Shown: positions 47,385-61,094, numbered from the stretch's first letter. The stretch: DNA of 64,000 nucleotides from Lama guanicoe (GCA_013239625.1 MU053559.1:1-64000), one strand, 5' to 3'. Notes: a model not told the origin generated them from the letters alone. Translations and numbers: made by a program.

Positions 47385-47646
47385 GTGAGCTACCCCAGAC
47401 CCATAGGTGGCACAGGCTGCTGGGGGGGGGGAGGGGGCCCTGCAGGCTGCATGGGGAACCTATCCTTGCACCCAGGCCCTGGGATCTCTGGGCCCCCATC
47501 CCCAGCTCTAAACAGGCCCAGACCTTGGAATCCATCCCTTTCCATTTACAAACCCTCTGATCTTAAGATCCCAAAACAGCGTGATCTTGAGTTTGCAAAG
47601 CAACAGCAAATCACCCAACACTGAATGCAGACCGTGTGCCGCTGGC

Positions 47647-47787
47647 AGGACTGGCTTTATAACTCACAGGGCCCAGGGCAAAATGAAAATATGGGGCTTA
47701 AATTTCAAAATGATGACTGCAGAGCATTAAATGAAGCATGGAGCCCTGAATGCCTGCACAGATCACATGCCCAGAAACCAGCCCTGG
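47647..47787 (+). mobile_element. hAT-Tip100 DNA transposon (MER45-like)
   Basis: Terminal inverted repeats CAGGACTGG..CCAGCCCTG and internal GGGCCCAGGGCAAAATGAAAAT. Confidence 0.65.
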
Positions 47788-48167
47788 ATGTCAGGCACTG
47801 TTTCTGAGCACTTTGGCGATGCTAACTTATTTAATCCTCATGACTGCCACTGTGAGGTAGGTGTTACTATCATCCCCAATTCACAGGTGAGGAAAATTGA
47901 GGCCAGGGAGGCTTAAGGTGACTTCCCCAAGGTCACAGTGGGTAGGAGAGGAGCCCGATTCAACCCCAGCTGGTGGCCTCGGCGTTGATGCGCTACACAC
48001 ACTCGTGTTCACACCCGCACTCTAGTAGATACGGCCTGTGCTTTTTTATGGGATTCTATATCAGAGTGGAATTGAGCAGAAGGTGCCCTTGCTTTGTGAA
48101 ACACTTATTTAAACCTAAAGTTGAAAGTTTAAGCCTCTGAGTCACCAGCCTCCCCCTCCTCCCCCAG

Positions 48168-48318
48168 GCATCATCTGAGAAGGGCTCCTGCTGTATCGTA
48201 GCCGCTGGCACCCAGGGCACTGCTGGCCCAGCCTGGCCCGGCCCCCAGGAGGCCCCTGACGGCCTGTTTGCTGTGCGGAGGCACCTCTGGGGCAGCCATG
48301 GAAACAGCACATTCCCAG
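48168..48318 (+). CDS. FOXP3: FOXP3 coding exon 8
   Basis: AG/GT flanked, 151 nt, [32 protein letters not shown]. Confidence 0.98.
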
Positions 48319-48988
48319 GTAAAGATGGCCCGTGCCCCACCTGGTGCCCCCGAGCCCCAGTCTCCCGGACTGGATGAAAGACTGCTTTTCCCCACCACTG
48401 CCTCCCAGCCTTTAGGAAATCACATATGCTTGTGAAAGCTTTCTCTCCGGATCCCCATGGCCTGCAAGCCCCCACTGTGGTTTCAGATGTCTAGCGCCAG
48501 CCCTGTCTCCCCTAGGATTGGGGCTTACTCACTCTGGGCTTTAACTGCTCCTGGTCATCATGAGGAAGGGAGCTAGCTTAGTAATTCCCAGGGACTCCCC
48601 CTCCCCCCACCAAGGAAAAGCAGGGTGACTTGCCTTAGTTCACCAATCCCCTATTACCCGCAAGGTCCAGGCTGTGGGCTTAACAGGGATCAGGGCCCTT
48701 GAGTGCCATCCTGGCTCTGCCACTTAGCCAGTTACATCCCTTTGATGTGGAAGTTGCTTCACTTCTTTTAAACCTTGGGGAGAATAAGCCCCGTTTTGAT
48801 GGAAGTGGTGCAAAAGGGAAATGATATCATTTATGTCAAGGGCTTAGCAAACAGCAGCTGCGATCATGGAAACCAGTGTCAACGGTGGGATTTCAGGCAT
48901 GCAGACTCGACAGACATTCTAGAGCAGAGGGTGGGAGAAGGGGCAAGGAGTTCTCGGATGGGGCCTGATCCTTCCCCACTTCTGACAG

Positions 48989-49065
48989 AGTTCTTCCACA
49001 ACATGGACTACTTCAAGTTCCACAACATGCGGCCCCCTTTCACCTATGCCACCCTCATCCGTTGG
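48989..49065 (+). CDS. FOXP3: FOXP3 coding exon 9 (forkhead start)
   Basis: AG/GT flanked, 77 nt, (E)[25 protein letters not shown]. Confidence 0.98.
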
Positions 49066-49149
49066 GTAAGCAGCGTGCCAGGCTGAGGGGAAGGAAGAGA
49101 GAGCCGGGGTGGAGGGCCTGCCTCCCTCTAAGCACCCCGAGGCCGGCTC

Positions 49150-50543
<1,394 letters not shown>

Positions 50544-50559
50544 TGACCTCAGAGGATGA

Positions 50560-50763
<204 letters not shown>

Positions 50764-51606
50764 ACTCAAAGCCAAGGAAAGAAGGAAGGACAGGGGCCAA
50801 AATGGGTGGGTGGAAGCGGCCGGGGACAGAAGTGACCAGCCTTGGACGTGCCTGCCGGGACCAAGAAGCAAGGTGTGCACTGTCTTGCCTGCCAGGGACC
50901 CTGCTCCCCAGCTGACTGCCCTCCTGGATCATATGCTCGGCACCAAGCCTGCTCAGAGGGGTCCCAGCCGCCCCCACCTCCCACCCCAGCCCCCTGTAAT
51001 GGGCTCTCCAGCCAAACTGAGCCTTCACAACCAACCACACACACCGCCTGCCTTAGTCACTCAGTCACTCTCACAGATGACCTTGGGGCTGGGAAGGACA
51101 CAAAGCATCACAATCCTGTCCCTTGGACTCGAGGCAAACCCTCAAACATTCAGTATACTCAGACCACCTCAAATCTGTAGTCACACCAACAGTCACACCC
51201 AAGCATGGTCCCGTCAACCCACATGCCCCAAAGCACACACCCACAGGCAGCCTCCAGGCCCACAGACGCAGCGTCACCCGGGGCACGCCCAGACATCTGC
51301 ACAGCAACAGCCTCGGGACTTTCAAGATCTCAGGTCCCAGACCTGGTCGTACATGGTATCGTGCAGCTCCCGACACAGACGCTCGGTCACACAGTTACTC
51401 TTTGAACTCACCTGCACATCTCCTGCATGCATGCACGCCCGCATGACACCCCTGGGGGTCTCCTGAGTCCCATGCAGACACCCACGGCCACACACACCAA
51501 CTCACCAGGTGTACCCAGTGTCTCAACTGCCACTCGCCCCCCTCCCCCACCAGGAGCCCTGTGCCCCCATCCAGGCCTCAGCTTAGACTGCAGACAGAAC
51601 CCCTCA

Positions 51607-51635
51607 TTTATTTGAGATAGCACACCTCATTTATT
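51607..51635 (-). terminator. CCDC22: CCDC22 poly(A) signals (two AATAAA on the - strand)
   Basis: TTTATT at 51607-51612 and 51630-51635, ~210-240 nt past the CCDC22 stop. Confidence 0.85.
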
Positions 51636-51670
51636 TGAGATACAAGGCCCCAACCCCCAGTGCCCTCCGC

Positions 51671-51676
51671 AATAAA
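51671..51676 (+). terminator. FOXP3: FOXP3 poly(A) signal
   Basis: AATAAA ~0.9 kb after the stop, in the context CAATAAACTGCAGCC as in human. Confidence 0.88.
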
Positions 51677-51844
51677 CTGCAGCCGAGCTCCCACACTCTG
51701 GATGATCACCCCAGATAAGGGCTGGGCCCAAGGCTGCAGCAGGAGGAACTGGCCCGCAGGCAGAGGACACAGCCAGGGCCAGTGCTTGGCCGGTGCCCCC
51801 AATGCCCTGGCTAAAGCTGGGGCAAGACTTCTGCTGGGGGCTGC

Positions 51845-51958
51845 TCAGGCCTCACGGACCCGGCCCAGGAGGCCAGCGTTCTCCTGGCGAAGGGCTCGGT
51901 AGTCCTCTCGGATCTTCTCCAGGTTGCTGAGGGTCTTCTTGCCCATCTCCGTCTCGAT
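51845..51958 (-). CDS. CCDC22: CCDC22 exon 17 (last)
   Basis: 114 nt IETEMGKKTLSNLEKIREDYRALRQENAGLLGRVREA*. Confidence 0.97.
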   Translation of the reverse strand: METEMGKKTLSNLEKIREDYRALRQENAGLLGRVREA

Positions 51959-52392
51959 CTAAGGCAACATGAACCGCATCCCTTCAGTGTGCAGGGCCCC
52001 TTTCCCAGCTCCTGCTCACCACCCCCTCCCCATTACGGCCTCTTCAGGGCCCCTCCTGTGCTCCTCCCACTCCCTCCAATAACAGCCTGCTCTGTCCCAC
52101 TGCCAGGCCTTTGCCTGTGTCATCCATCCACCTAAAGCATCCTCTGCTCAATGGCAGGATTGTCCACCACACACTTCAGCTGAAGCCTCTGCCAAGAGCC
52201 CTGCACAAGGCCCCTCAGGGTGGAAGGATGGGCTCAGAGTAGGCCACTGGCCTGTCCCAGGTCACATACACAGCTACTAGGGCAGAGATGCCAGCTGTCG
52301 GCTGTGTCTGGTTCAACAGCCTCTCTCAGCATCCACTGAGGAGCTGTTCCCCCTGGCCGGCCTTAGTTAACCCTCCCAGCCCCAGGCTTTAC

Positions 52393-52467
52393 CTGCTCTT
52401 CAAGGTCTCGAACCTCCCGCATGATTGTGCCTGTGTCCTCGATGGTCTGGATGAGCTGGCTGCAGTT
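52393..52467 (-). CDS. CCDC22: CCDC22 exon 16
   Basis: 75 nt NCSQLIQTIEDTGTIMREVRDLEEQ, AG/GT flanked. Confidence 0.97.
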
Positions 52468-52547
52468 CTGGGGACAGCAAGGGCCGAAGGCTTGCACCGA
52501 AACCCGTCCCCTCCCCAACCAGCCCCCGGGCACCCTTCGCCCCTCAC

Positions 52548-52607
52548 CTCATGCAAGGCAGCTAGATACTTGTAGGCCTTCCGAACAGCATCATCCTTTT
52601 TGGCATC
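52548..52607 (-). CDS. CCDC22: CCDC22 exon 15
   Basis: 60 nt DAKKDDAVRKAYKYLAALHE, AG/GT flanked. Confidence 0.97.
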
Positions 52608-52821
52608 CTGACCAGACAGAGGGAACCTTGAAGGTGTTAGTGGGCTGCTCCAGCCCCACCACCCCTCACTACCTCCAGGCCCCCCCAAGGCTACCCTCTC
52701 CCACTCCTCTGACTTCATCCTCCATGGGGCAAAGCCAGGCCCCAGGACCAGTGTACCTGCAAGGCTCACACAGGGCCCAGGCCCATCCTGCCCCTGCACG
52801 CAGCCTGGCCCCCCCCCATAC

Positions 52822-52917
52822 CTTGAACACGAGCTCATCAGTCACTGCAAACGTCCGGTCCAGCTTCCCAGAAAGGGAGTTGATTTCCTTCTGAAGCTCC
52901 TTCGTATCAGACAAGAT
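52822..52917 (-). CDS. CCDC22: CCDC22 exon 14
   Basis: 96 nt ILSDTKELQKEINSLSGKLDRTFAVTDELVFK. Confidence 0.97.
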
Positions 52918-53170
52918 CTGGCAGAGACCAGGGTAGCCATGAGCCTGTGTCTGGGGCGGGGTGACCAGCCAGCTGAGGGCATTCGAGTTCATGCTGTCAC
53001 ATCCAGACCAGGTCAGGGTGGCTGGAGTGTAGGGCTGTTCTGTGTTGGGGTATGGCCAGATAGCTCTGCCTTTCAGAGGATGTGAGGTCCCTGTGTGGCC
53101 CTGTGACACACATCCTCCCCTTGGATGTGTCTGCCCCTGTGACCCGCCCTCCATGGCCACAACGGCGCAC

Positions 53171-53278
53171 CTTAGTGATCTCTTCCTTCTGCTTCCGGAT
53201 GTTGCCCACAATCTCTAGGATGCGCTGGGTGTAGGCCAGCCGGGACACATCTCTGGGCAGGGTCTCGAGCTCTGACAT
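53171..53278 (-). CDS. CCDC22: CCDC22 exon 13
   Basis: 108 nt MSELETLPRDVSRLAYTQRILEIVGNIRKQKEEITK. Confidence 0.97.
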
Positions 53279-53363
53279 CTAGGCAGAGACACAGCAGCCA
53301 CTTCCCTAGGGCCCACACCTGCCCCACTCCAAGCCACCCAGGGAGGCCCCACACGGGCCTTAC

Positions 53364-53465
53364 CAGCTGCTTATAGACCTCCTCCTTCCGGCGGGCCTCT
53401 TCAGCAGCTGCCCGAACGCTCTGGTGTAGCTCTTGGATCTCTGCCAGCCGTCGAGAAGATTCCAT
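53364..53465 (-). CDS. CCDC22: CCDC22 exon 12
   Basis: 102 nt MESSRRLAEIQELHQSVRAAAEEARRKEEVYKQL. Confidence 0.96.
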
Positions 53466-53568
53466 CTGCCAGGGCCCCATGGGTAGAGGGCAGTGAGCAG
53501 AGCACAGGGCTGGCCCCCTAAGGAGGGACCAGCTGCCCTACCCATGGCCCAGGACCCCCACCACCTAC

Positions 53569-53685
53569 CTCTCTGCAATCCTGGAGTTTTCGGAGGTGGC
53601 GATACTCAGCAAGGAGTGGGACCCGGTGCTTTTCCCACTGACCCGCCAAGTGGATGACTCGCTGGGCACTACTCTCTACCACGAG
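53569..53685 (-). CDS. CCDC22: CCDC22 exon 11
   Basis: 117 nt LVVESSAQRVIHLAGQWEKHRVPLLAEYRHLRKLQDCRE. Confidence 0.97.
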
Positions 53686-53779
53686 CTGGAGGTGGTGGTA
53701 GGGGACTACATGTCACACAGGCTGGGCCCATCCAATTCCGACCAACCCCGCCCCAGCCCAGGCTCAGCGCCAGCCCTAC

Positions 53780-53899
53780 CTGCAGCTTGGCGAGGTTGGC
53801 AGCCCCGTCGGGCAGCAGCTCCACCGCCCGGCTCTTCAGACGTAGGGCCTGCTCGCGCTCCGCTGTGCTGAGCTCACTCTGCCGGCACTCGGTCTCCAC
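53780..53899 (-). CDS. CCDC22: CCDC22 exon 10
   Basis: 120 nt VETECRQSELSTAEREQALRLKSRAVELLPDGAANLAKLQ. Confidence 0.97.
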
Positions 53900-54445
53900 C
53901 TGGCACCCCAGGACCTCCGCTCCCAGTCAGTAGGGGAGCCCAGCCACACACCACAGTCCCACAGCCCCCACTGAGCCTGGAAAACCCTGGCCTAGCCCAA
54001 GCCCCCACAGATGACAACACATCCTCTAGCCCCTATCAGCCCCTCAACCCCCTCCCGATAGTGACAAGGACCTATAATCAGTGACAGGCACCACAGGCCC
54101 CAATGGCCCCTCCACCTCCACACTGACCCCCAGGAGCCCCGATGAGCCCCACAAGCCCCTGCCCATACAGACCCATCACGCCCCTACAGATGCCTGCAGA
54201 GGCCCACAGGCACCTCTAACCCCTACAAGTCCAATCCCCAACCCGTCCACAATCCTACACCCTCCTCTCACTCCCACTGATTCTCCTAAACCCTAAAGAG
54301 CCCCACGGTCCCCAGTGTCTCCCACAAACCTTTCTGTCATCTGCAGACCTCTGCAGAGGACCCCTCGGCCCCCTCAAGTCCCTCTAAGCCCTCTAGGCCC
54401 AAATCGTAAGCCAGCCCTGGTGGCCAGCCCCTCCCCTAGGCCCAC

Positions 54446-54565
54446 CTGCACGAGGCTGATTCCCAGCGTTTTCATGTTGGCTTCCACCTCTTCAATGTTG
54501 CGATTCACTCCCTCCAGCTGCTCCCGGAGAGATTCCAGCTCCTGCTCCTGAGCTGCCAATGTGTC
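54446..54565 (-). CDS. CCDC22: CCDC22 exon 9
   Basis: 120 nt DTLAAQEQELESLREQLEGVNRNIEEVEANMKTLGISLVQ. Confidence 0.96.
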
Positions 54566-54660
54566 CTGGAAGGCACAGGCCAGTCCGGGTGGGGGTGTCA
54601 GGCCCAGTAGACAGTTAAGGGCCCAGGACACCCCCCACCCCTTGCCACTGTTCTGCTCAC

Positions 54661-54723
54661 CTGTTCAGGCCTCCGGGAGGTGGCCAGCACATCTGACACC
54701 TGGGCTGCCTGGGCCTCAGGCTC
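54661..54723 (-). CDS. CCDC22: CCDC22 exon 8
   Basis: 63 nt EPEAQAAQVSDVLATSRRPEQ. Confidence 0.95.
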
Positions 54724-55264
54724 CTGGGGAGTGAGAAGGGAGCATCCCGGCTGTCGGGGAAGCCTCCGCCCCTCCCAGCCCAGCCTCAACACCCACCGCA
54801 AGCACCCTCCCAGCACTGTACCCGGGCCCACTCAACCAGTGACAGCCACCGGAATATAGGTGTGATTGTGTGAGGATCAAAGTGCTCTCCGTGACCTCAG
54901 ACTGCTCATAAAGAAACCTCCCCAACCCTGACACAGCTCCTGCCCACCTGGCCATGAGAAGGATGAGGCCCCCTCTCAGTGACCATCCAAGGACAGAAGG
55001 TATGTCTGAAGAAAACTGCCTGGGGAAAGCTGGGGTTCACACAAAGAGCACCCCTACACCCTTCCATGGTTCCCACTCCTCTACACTTTCTCCATGGAAG
55101 TTCTCGAGAAGCCAGGGGACCCCTCTGGGTACCTGCCCCCTGTGGAGAGCGGGCATGCTCGGTGGGAACACAAGACCCTGTGTGGATAAAGTGTGGTGTC
55201 TGTACGTAAAGCAACCCTGCCTTGGCCCCATCAGCACACCCCAGGCCCACTCAGGCCCACCCAC

Positions 55265-55459
55265 CAGATGGAAGGTGAACTTCTCTGAATGTGTGAAGCG
55301 GGAGCCCTTGGGAGCACCAGTCCTGGCCCCGGCACCCCAGGCCTGCAGCAGCTCTCCCAGGTCTCGGGCTTGTGGTGGGGGCCCTAGCTGGCCCCAGGTC
55401 TGGCGCAGATGCTCGGCCAGATGCTTCTGCAGCCGATGCCGCTGAGCCCGAGTATCCTC
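55265..55459 (-). CDS. CCDC22: CCDC22 exon 7
   Basis: 195 nt EDTRAQRHRLQKHL..PKGSRFTHSEKFTFHL. Confidence 0.97.
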
Positions 55460-55830
55460 CTGGAAGCAGAGGGCAGGGCAGATGGAAGGGTGTGAAGGCC
55501 TGCTGGGTACCCGAGGCCCTGCTTCCACCAGGAAGCCGCCTGACAAGGTGCTCCTGACAAGTCCCACCCACCCTCCAGCCTCTCCCATGATGGGGCCCAG
55601 GCCCACTCTCCTGGCCCACGGGTCTGGGAGCTCCCTGAGGACGGGGCTGCCTCCTCCTTAGCTCCGCTTCTCTCCAGCCACTAGCTCCCTGCACTGAAGG
55701 ATGCTGTGGAAAGGAGAGAAGTGAGCCTGCAGCGCCCAAATTAGAGACCGACATTGAAAGGGTATGTAGGGACAGAGAGGAGACAGTGTCAGAGGTGCTG
55801 GGCAAAGGGGTGGAGCAGAGTGGAGTTGAA

Positions 55831-55940
55831 GGGGGGAGGGTATAGCTCAGTGGTAGAGCATGTGCTTCGCATGCTCTGGGTTCAGTCCCCACTACCTCCT
55901 CTAAAAATAAATAAATAAATCTAATTACCTCCCCACCCAA
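55831..55940 (+). mobile_element. tRNA-derived SINE (Vic-1-like)
   Basis: GGGGGGAGGGTATAGCTCAGTGGTAGAGC..GGGTTCAGTCCCC..AAATAAATAAATCTAATTACCTCCCC. Confidence 0.88.
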
Positions 55941-56002
55941 AAGAGAGAAAGAGAGGAATAGAGACGAGGACAGAGGCAGTTTTGAGACAACTGGAGAAAT
56001 GT

Positions 56003-56272
56003 GGACATAGAAAACAAACTTACTGTTACCAAAGGGGAAAGCAACAGGGGGCGGATAAATTAGGAGTTGGGGATTAGCAGATACCAACTATTATCTATAA
56101 AAAAGATAAACAAGGTCCTACTGTACAGCACAGGGAACCAGATTCAATAGCTTGTAATAACCTATGATGGAAAAGAATATTTAAAATAATATGTATATAT
56201 GTATGAATGAATCACTATGCTGTACACCAGAAACTAACACAACATTGTAAATCGACCATACTTCAATTTAAA
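56003..56272 (+). mobile_element. L1 3' end fragment
   Basis: GACATAGAAAACAAACTTA..GTTACCAAAGGGGAAA..ACACCAGAAACTAACACAACATTGTAAATCGAC.ATACTTCAAT. Confidence 0.85.
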
Positions 56273-56480
56273 AATTTCAAACTTTAAGGAAATATTTAAC
56301 ATAGAAAGTGGAAATGCTATCACTCTGAGATAACTATCATTAAATCTGGAGTATATTCTCCCCCTTCCCCCAAAAAAGAAATCTGATTATGAACTCAGTG
56401 TTGGGTGGTATTAAGAGGTCACTGTTAATTTTGTTAGGTGTAAAAATGGCCAGCTGTTACATTCAAAAGTGAAGCCCTGT

Positions 56481-56600
56481 GGGAGGGTATAGGTCAGTGG
56501 CAGAGCGCATGCTTAGCATGCAAGAGGTCCTGGGTTCAATACCTGGTACCTCCATTAAAAAAATTAATAAATAAACCTAATTACCTCCCCTACCCGGCAG
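56481..56600 (+). mobile_element. tRNA-derived SINE (Vic-1-like)
   Basis: GGGAGGGTATAGGTCAGTGGCAGAGCGCATGCTTAGCATG..; TSD AAAGTGAA(T)GCCCT. Confidence 0.88.
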
Positions 56601-57415
56601 AAAAAGAAAGTGAATGCCCTTAGGAGTTGAGATGTATGCTCTAGTATTTAGAGTTTAAAATGACATGATGTCTGGGATTTGCTCTAAAATAATACAGGAG
56701 AAAAAAGTTGGGGGGAGAAGAGATGAAGAAAGATAGGCAAAATCTTTATTGTTGAAGAGGGATGGCAGGGACACAGGGTTCGTGAGAACATTTTCTCTAC
56801 TTCTGTGTTCAAAATTCCTGTAAGTTTTTAAAAGAGGGGAAAAGATAAAGACAGAACAAATGGCAGGGGGAAGGCGGAAGGAGACAGTTACAGAGGTGGA
56901 CAGAGTGGGGATGGGGACAGATATAGAGGTAGACAGAGGAGGAGACAGTACAGAAATGAGGAGACAGGGTTTGGCAGGGGAGCAGAAAAACCACAGAACA
57001 GAAGACAGTGACTAGAAGAGACGGGGCAGAGCTCTAGAGACTGAGCAGTGGTGATGACAGCAGAGGCCAAGAATCAGGGGCAGGAAGAAGGGAGTAGAAA
57101 CAGGGAGGACAGGAGCAGATCCTGACAGCTCTGATGGCCTGCACTCATCCTTCGGTGGACCACCACCCCGAGAATAGAGCACTGTCACCACCTGTGTCTC
57201 AGAACAGGAAGCCAAGGCTCCTAGGGACGATGCTGACCTGTGTGAGGGCCACAGTCTTTCCAACTCCCATGTTCTTTCAGGTGGGGAGCTGGGTAGTTGC
57301 ATAAAGAGAGGAGGCAATGGAAGAGAGGGACAAGGTGGGGGAAGGAGAGGGGCAGAGGGCTAATGGGAGATGAAATGGGGGCTGCAGTGAGTAGGGGCCG
57401 ATCACTGGGTGGTAC

Positions 57416-57594
57416 CTGGGTGGGGAGGCGGGATGCCCGGTGGACCCAGTCCTCATCCCCGGGGTGGTCCCGGCCTGTGTGCTGGCAGAGTTGGATGGCG
57501 TGGCATTCGAGGAGCGAGGCTGCCCTGGAGGCAGGCTGGGGCACCTGGGTGGGGGCTGGTAGCAGCAGGGGACTCGCCTGGAACTCCCGGGGCT
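57416..57594 (-). CDS. CCDC22: CCDC22 exon 6
   Basis: 179 nt (E)PREFQASPLLLPAPTQVPQP..WVHRASRLPTQ. Confidence 0.97.
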
Positions 57595-57694
57595 CTGAAG
57601 GCAGCAACAGAGTCAGCCTGCCCCCCTGCCTCTTCATGCAGTCAGATCCACCTCTACCCTTCTCCACAGCCCCTTTCCGCAGCCTCACACTCAC

Positions 57695-57761
57695 CTCCTC
57701 TGGAACTCAACTCAGGCATGACCAGCCTGCTGGCGTGGAAAGGCTGCTGGGGGGCCGAGCC
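57695..57761 (-). CDS. CCDC22: CCDC22 exon 5
   Basis: 67 nt GSAPQQPFHASRLVMPELSSRG, AG/GT flanked. Confidence 0.95.
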
Positions 57762-57901
57762 CTGGTGGGAGAGCAGAATCAGAGCCTCTAGGATGAATTA
57801 TTATGGGGGGCGCCGGTGGGAGGGGGCCAAAAACCTGGGCACCCAAATGGGAACAAGACAGGCAAGGCAATAGTGACATGAGTTGGGGAAGTGCGTCCCA
57901 C

Positions 57902-58008
57902 CTGGAGGTGCTGCAGCTTAGGAGTGCGAAGGAGGGGTGGGACCCAGGGCAGGGCCAGCTGGTCCCGGATTTGGCTCCCAATGGCCCGGAGGAGGATAGC
58001 TGAGTCAC
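57902..58008 (-). CDS. CCDC22: CCDC22 exon 4
   Basis: 107 nt (G)DSAILLRAIGSQIRDQLALPWVPPLLRTPKLQHLQ. Confidence 0.97.
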
Positions 58009-58362
58009 CTAGGAAGGTGGGGAGGAAGTGTCAATCAGATGACAGTGCCACAGTTCCAAAAATGCACACCCTGGGAAAGCAGCCTGACCCCAGTTTCCAG
58101 AGATGCAGATCTAGGGAGCTCTCATTCTCACACTAGGTCATTCCACAAACACTTACTGAGCACCTCCTCTGTACCAGCCACCATTCCAGACCCTCGGATA
58201 CCTCAGTGAACAAACTGATAAATAGCCTCCTGCCCTCCTGGGGCCAGCAGATGGCAGAGGAGAACACGGCTGAAGTCATAAGTACGATACAGAAAACTCT
58301 CAGGGGGTAATCAGGAAAGGAGGATAAAGGACCACTGAGAATATGCAATTTTAAACAGGCAA

Positions 58363-58465
58363 GGGGGGGTACAGCTCAGTGGCAGAGTGCATACCCAGCA
58401 TGTGTGAGATCCTGGGTTCAATCTCCAGTACCTCTGTTACAATCAATCAATCAATCAATCAAAAA
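58363..58465 (+). mobile_element. tRNA-derived SINE (Vic-1-like) inside an L2 fragment
   Basis: GGGGGGGTACAGCTCAGTGGCAGAG..CCTGGGTTCAATCTCCAGTACCTC, (AATC)n tail, TSD AAACA(A)GGCA. Confidence 0.85.
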
Positions 58466-58811
58466 ACAAGGCAGTCTGAGGAAGGCCTCTGTGAACAGGA
58501 AATTCCAAGAGGTAAGGGAGTGAACCATGAGGGTATCTGGCGGAAGAATAAGTCAGCAGATACAAAGGCCCTGGGGCTGGAGAGTCCTGAGGAGCATTCA
58601 GTAGGTCAGTGTGGTTAGAGAAGAGTGGGTGAGGGGAGGGGCGTGAGCCAGGAGGTGAAGCAGAGCATCAACTCCCCTTCCAGGTCAGCCGAAGCCCCAG
58701 CCCCCTTCCCCTCTGCCCTGCATCCCCTCTCCCAGCCTCAATCCTCCCACTCAGCTCTTCCGAAGACACATACCCCACCTCACCCCCCACTATGCCCCAG
58801 GTACCCCATAC

Positions 58812-58944
58812 CTGCAGGCTGGTCTGCATCCTCAGAGGCATCAGTGGGCAGACGCTCAGCCAAGAAGAGAAGCAGGTCCCGGAGGTCAGGCTCACTGGGG
58901 TAGAGGAAGTTCTGATAGCCAAGCTCCAAGGGATAGCCCAGGTC
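58812..58944 (-). CDS. CCDC22: CCDC22 exon 3
   Basis: 133 nt DLGYPLELGYQNFLYPSEPDLRDLLLFLAERLPTDASEDADQPA(G). Confidence 0.97.
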
Positions 58945-59084
58945 CTGGGGGTTGGGGAGGGCGGTCCCTATCAGTCAGGCAGGCAGGATCCTCCTGTCCT
59001 GGGAGCCCACAGATACTCCCACTCTCACCAACCACCACCCTCTGAACTTCCCTTTGGCTCCCCGAGGCCTCCCAGAGACCTCCA

Positions 59085-60900
59085 GAGCTTTATGATGAAA
59101 GCTCTGGCCTTTCTAACTATGACTCAAAATCCAGAAGACATAGAAGAGAAGATGGGTATTTCTAAACACATGAAAAAAATTTTAAAGAAAAAATATATAA
59201 TGAGCAAAGTCAAAAGAGTAATGATAAGCTGGGAAAAATATTTGGAACTCATAGCATAGAAAAAGAACTAACCTACCTAGTATATAAACAGTGCCTCAAA
59301 CTACACCAGCAAAAAGACCAGCAGCGCAACAGAGAAAGAGGCAAAAGATAGGAACAGACAGTTCCCAGGAAAAGAAAGAAAAATGGTCCTTAAACATATG
59401 CAAATGTGTCTAACTTTGCTTCCAAGAGAGACTCGAATTGAAAGTACACTGAGAGGCCCCCACACAGGCATCGCTGATCGGATCCAGGACAACCTGATGT
59501 TATGTTCTCCTGAGGTGCACTTGGGGAGGAAGATACTATCACTGGCGCAGAGTTCCTGCCCCAAACCTGAATTTAGCCATGAGAAAACAATCAGACCAGT
59601 TCAGACTGTGGGGCATTCCAATGAATAACCAGCCTGCACTCTATAAAAACCCAAGTCATCATGAAAAGAAACAAAGAAGCAAAAATGAAGGAGGACTACT
59701 GGATACAGAAGATTACAGATGTTAACAGTGAAATAAAATGCATGACCCTTGATTGGACTCTGCAGTTAAAAAAAAACAGCTATAAAGGATATTTTTGTGA
59801 CAACTGGGGAAATCTGACCATGTCCAAGGTATTAGATAGTATTATTCTATCAATATTAAGTTGCATGGGTGTGATCATGGCATTGTGATTACACTGGCAA
59901 ATGCCCTTTTTCTTAGGAGAGACACACTGAAAGTTTGAGGTATGAAGAGTCAGGATGTCTGCCACTTTCAAATGGTTCAGCAAAAAAATAAGTGTGTGTG
60001 TGTGTACCTATATAGACAGAAAACAATGAAACAAAATGTTAACAATATAGAAAACTAACAAATATATGTATGTATACATATGACTGGGAAATTGTGCTTT
60101 ACACCAGAAATTGACATGCTATAACTGACTATACTTCAATTTTTAAAAAAAGAAAAAATTTAAAAACTAGGAGAAGGGTATACAGGTGTTATTGTTCTAC
60201 TTTTAATTTCCCTTAAATGTGAAAGTTTGTCAAAGTACAACGCTAGGAGGAAAACTATACGGAGATACCATTCCTCACCTATTAAATGGGCAAAAGTCTG
60301 ACAATACACTCAGTAGGTGAGGCTCTGGAGAAATACCACTCTCTCATACACTGCTGCTGGGAATGCAAAAATTAAACAATCTTAGTCAAGGCAATTTGGC
60401 TAAATCAAACAAAATGACATGCGTTTACCCTTCCATCTAATGATCCTACTTCTAGGAGTTTACCATGAAGATAAAATTCCAACAATTCAAGAATATATAT
60501 GCACAAGATTATTCATTATAGCATGATTTGCAAAATATTGGAAACTCTTGAAATGTCTGAGCATAAGAGAGCAGTTGAGTCAACTGTGGTGCATACATAC
60601 AATGAACTACTCTGTAGCTGCAAAAAGGAAAAAATCATTAAGATCTCTATTCTCTGATATGAAGTGATTTCCAGGATATGTTTTAAGGGTGAAAAAAAGG
60701 CAAGAAACCAGGTGTATGCTCTCTTTTGTGTAAGAAAAGGGAGAAATAAGGATATATATTTATATTTGCTTATATCTTCATTAAAAAAAACTGGGAAGAT
60801 ATATAAGAAACTAACCAACATAACTCCCTGACAGCAGAGTAACTCCCTGAAGCAGACAGGTAAGGGTAAGGAGGGGTTTAGAGTGCAAGTGAGACTTCTC
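59085..60900 (+). mobile_element. Old L1M fragments with a younger L1 tail (~60040-60160)
   Basis: A-rich L1 ORF2/3' motifs (GAACAGACAGTTC.CAGGAAAAG; ATACACTGCTGCTGGGAATGCAAA; ACACCAGAAATTGACA..ACTGACTATACTTCAAT). Confidence 0.7.
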
Positions 60901-61094
60901 AAGGTTTCTCGCTACTTCTGTCACACCCTGGGGATCTCTTTAACCCTTTCAGTAGTTAACCACCTTTTACCAAGTTAACAATTCCTTATATTAAAATTTC
61001 CCCTTCGAATTACTGCTGGGGTTTCTATATCTGGACTAGACCCTGACTGATGAAGATAGCCTACAAAAAGTAGTAAATAATGTTTTTAAAAGAG

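Noticed and set aside
55251..56087. 278-aa ORF on the - strand
   Set aside because: Runs through an L1 fragment, a SINE and CCDC22 exon 7 out of frame; chance ORF.
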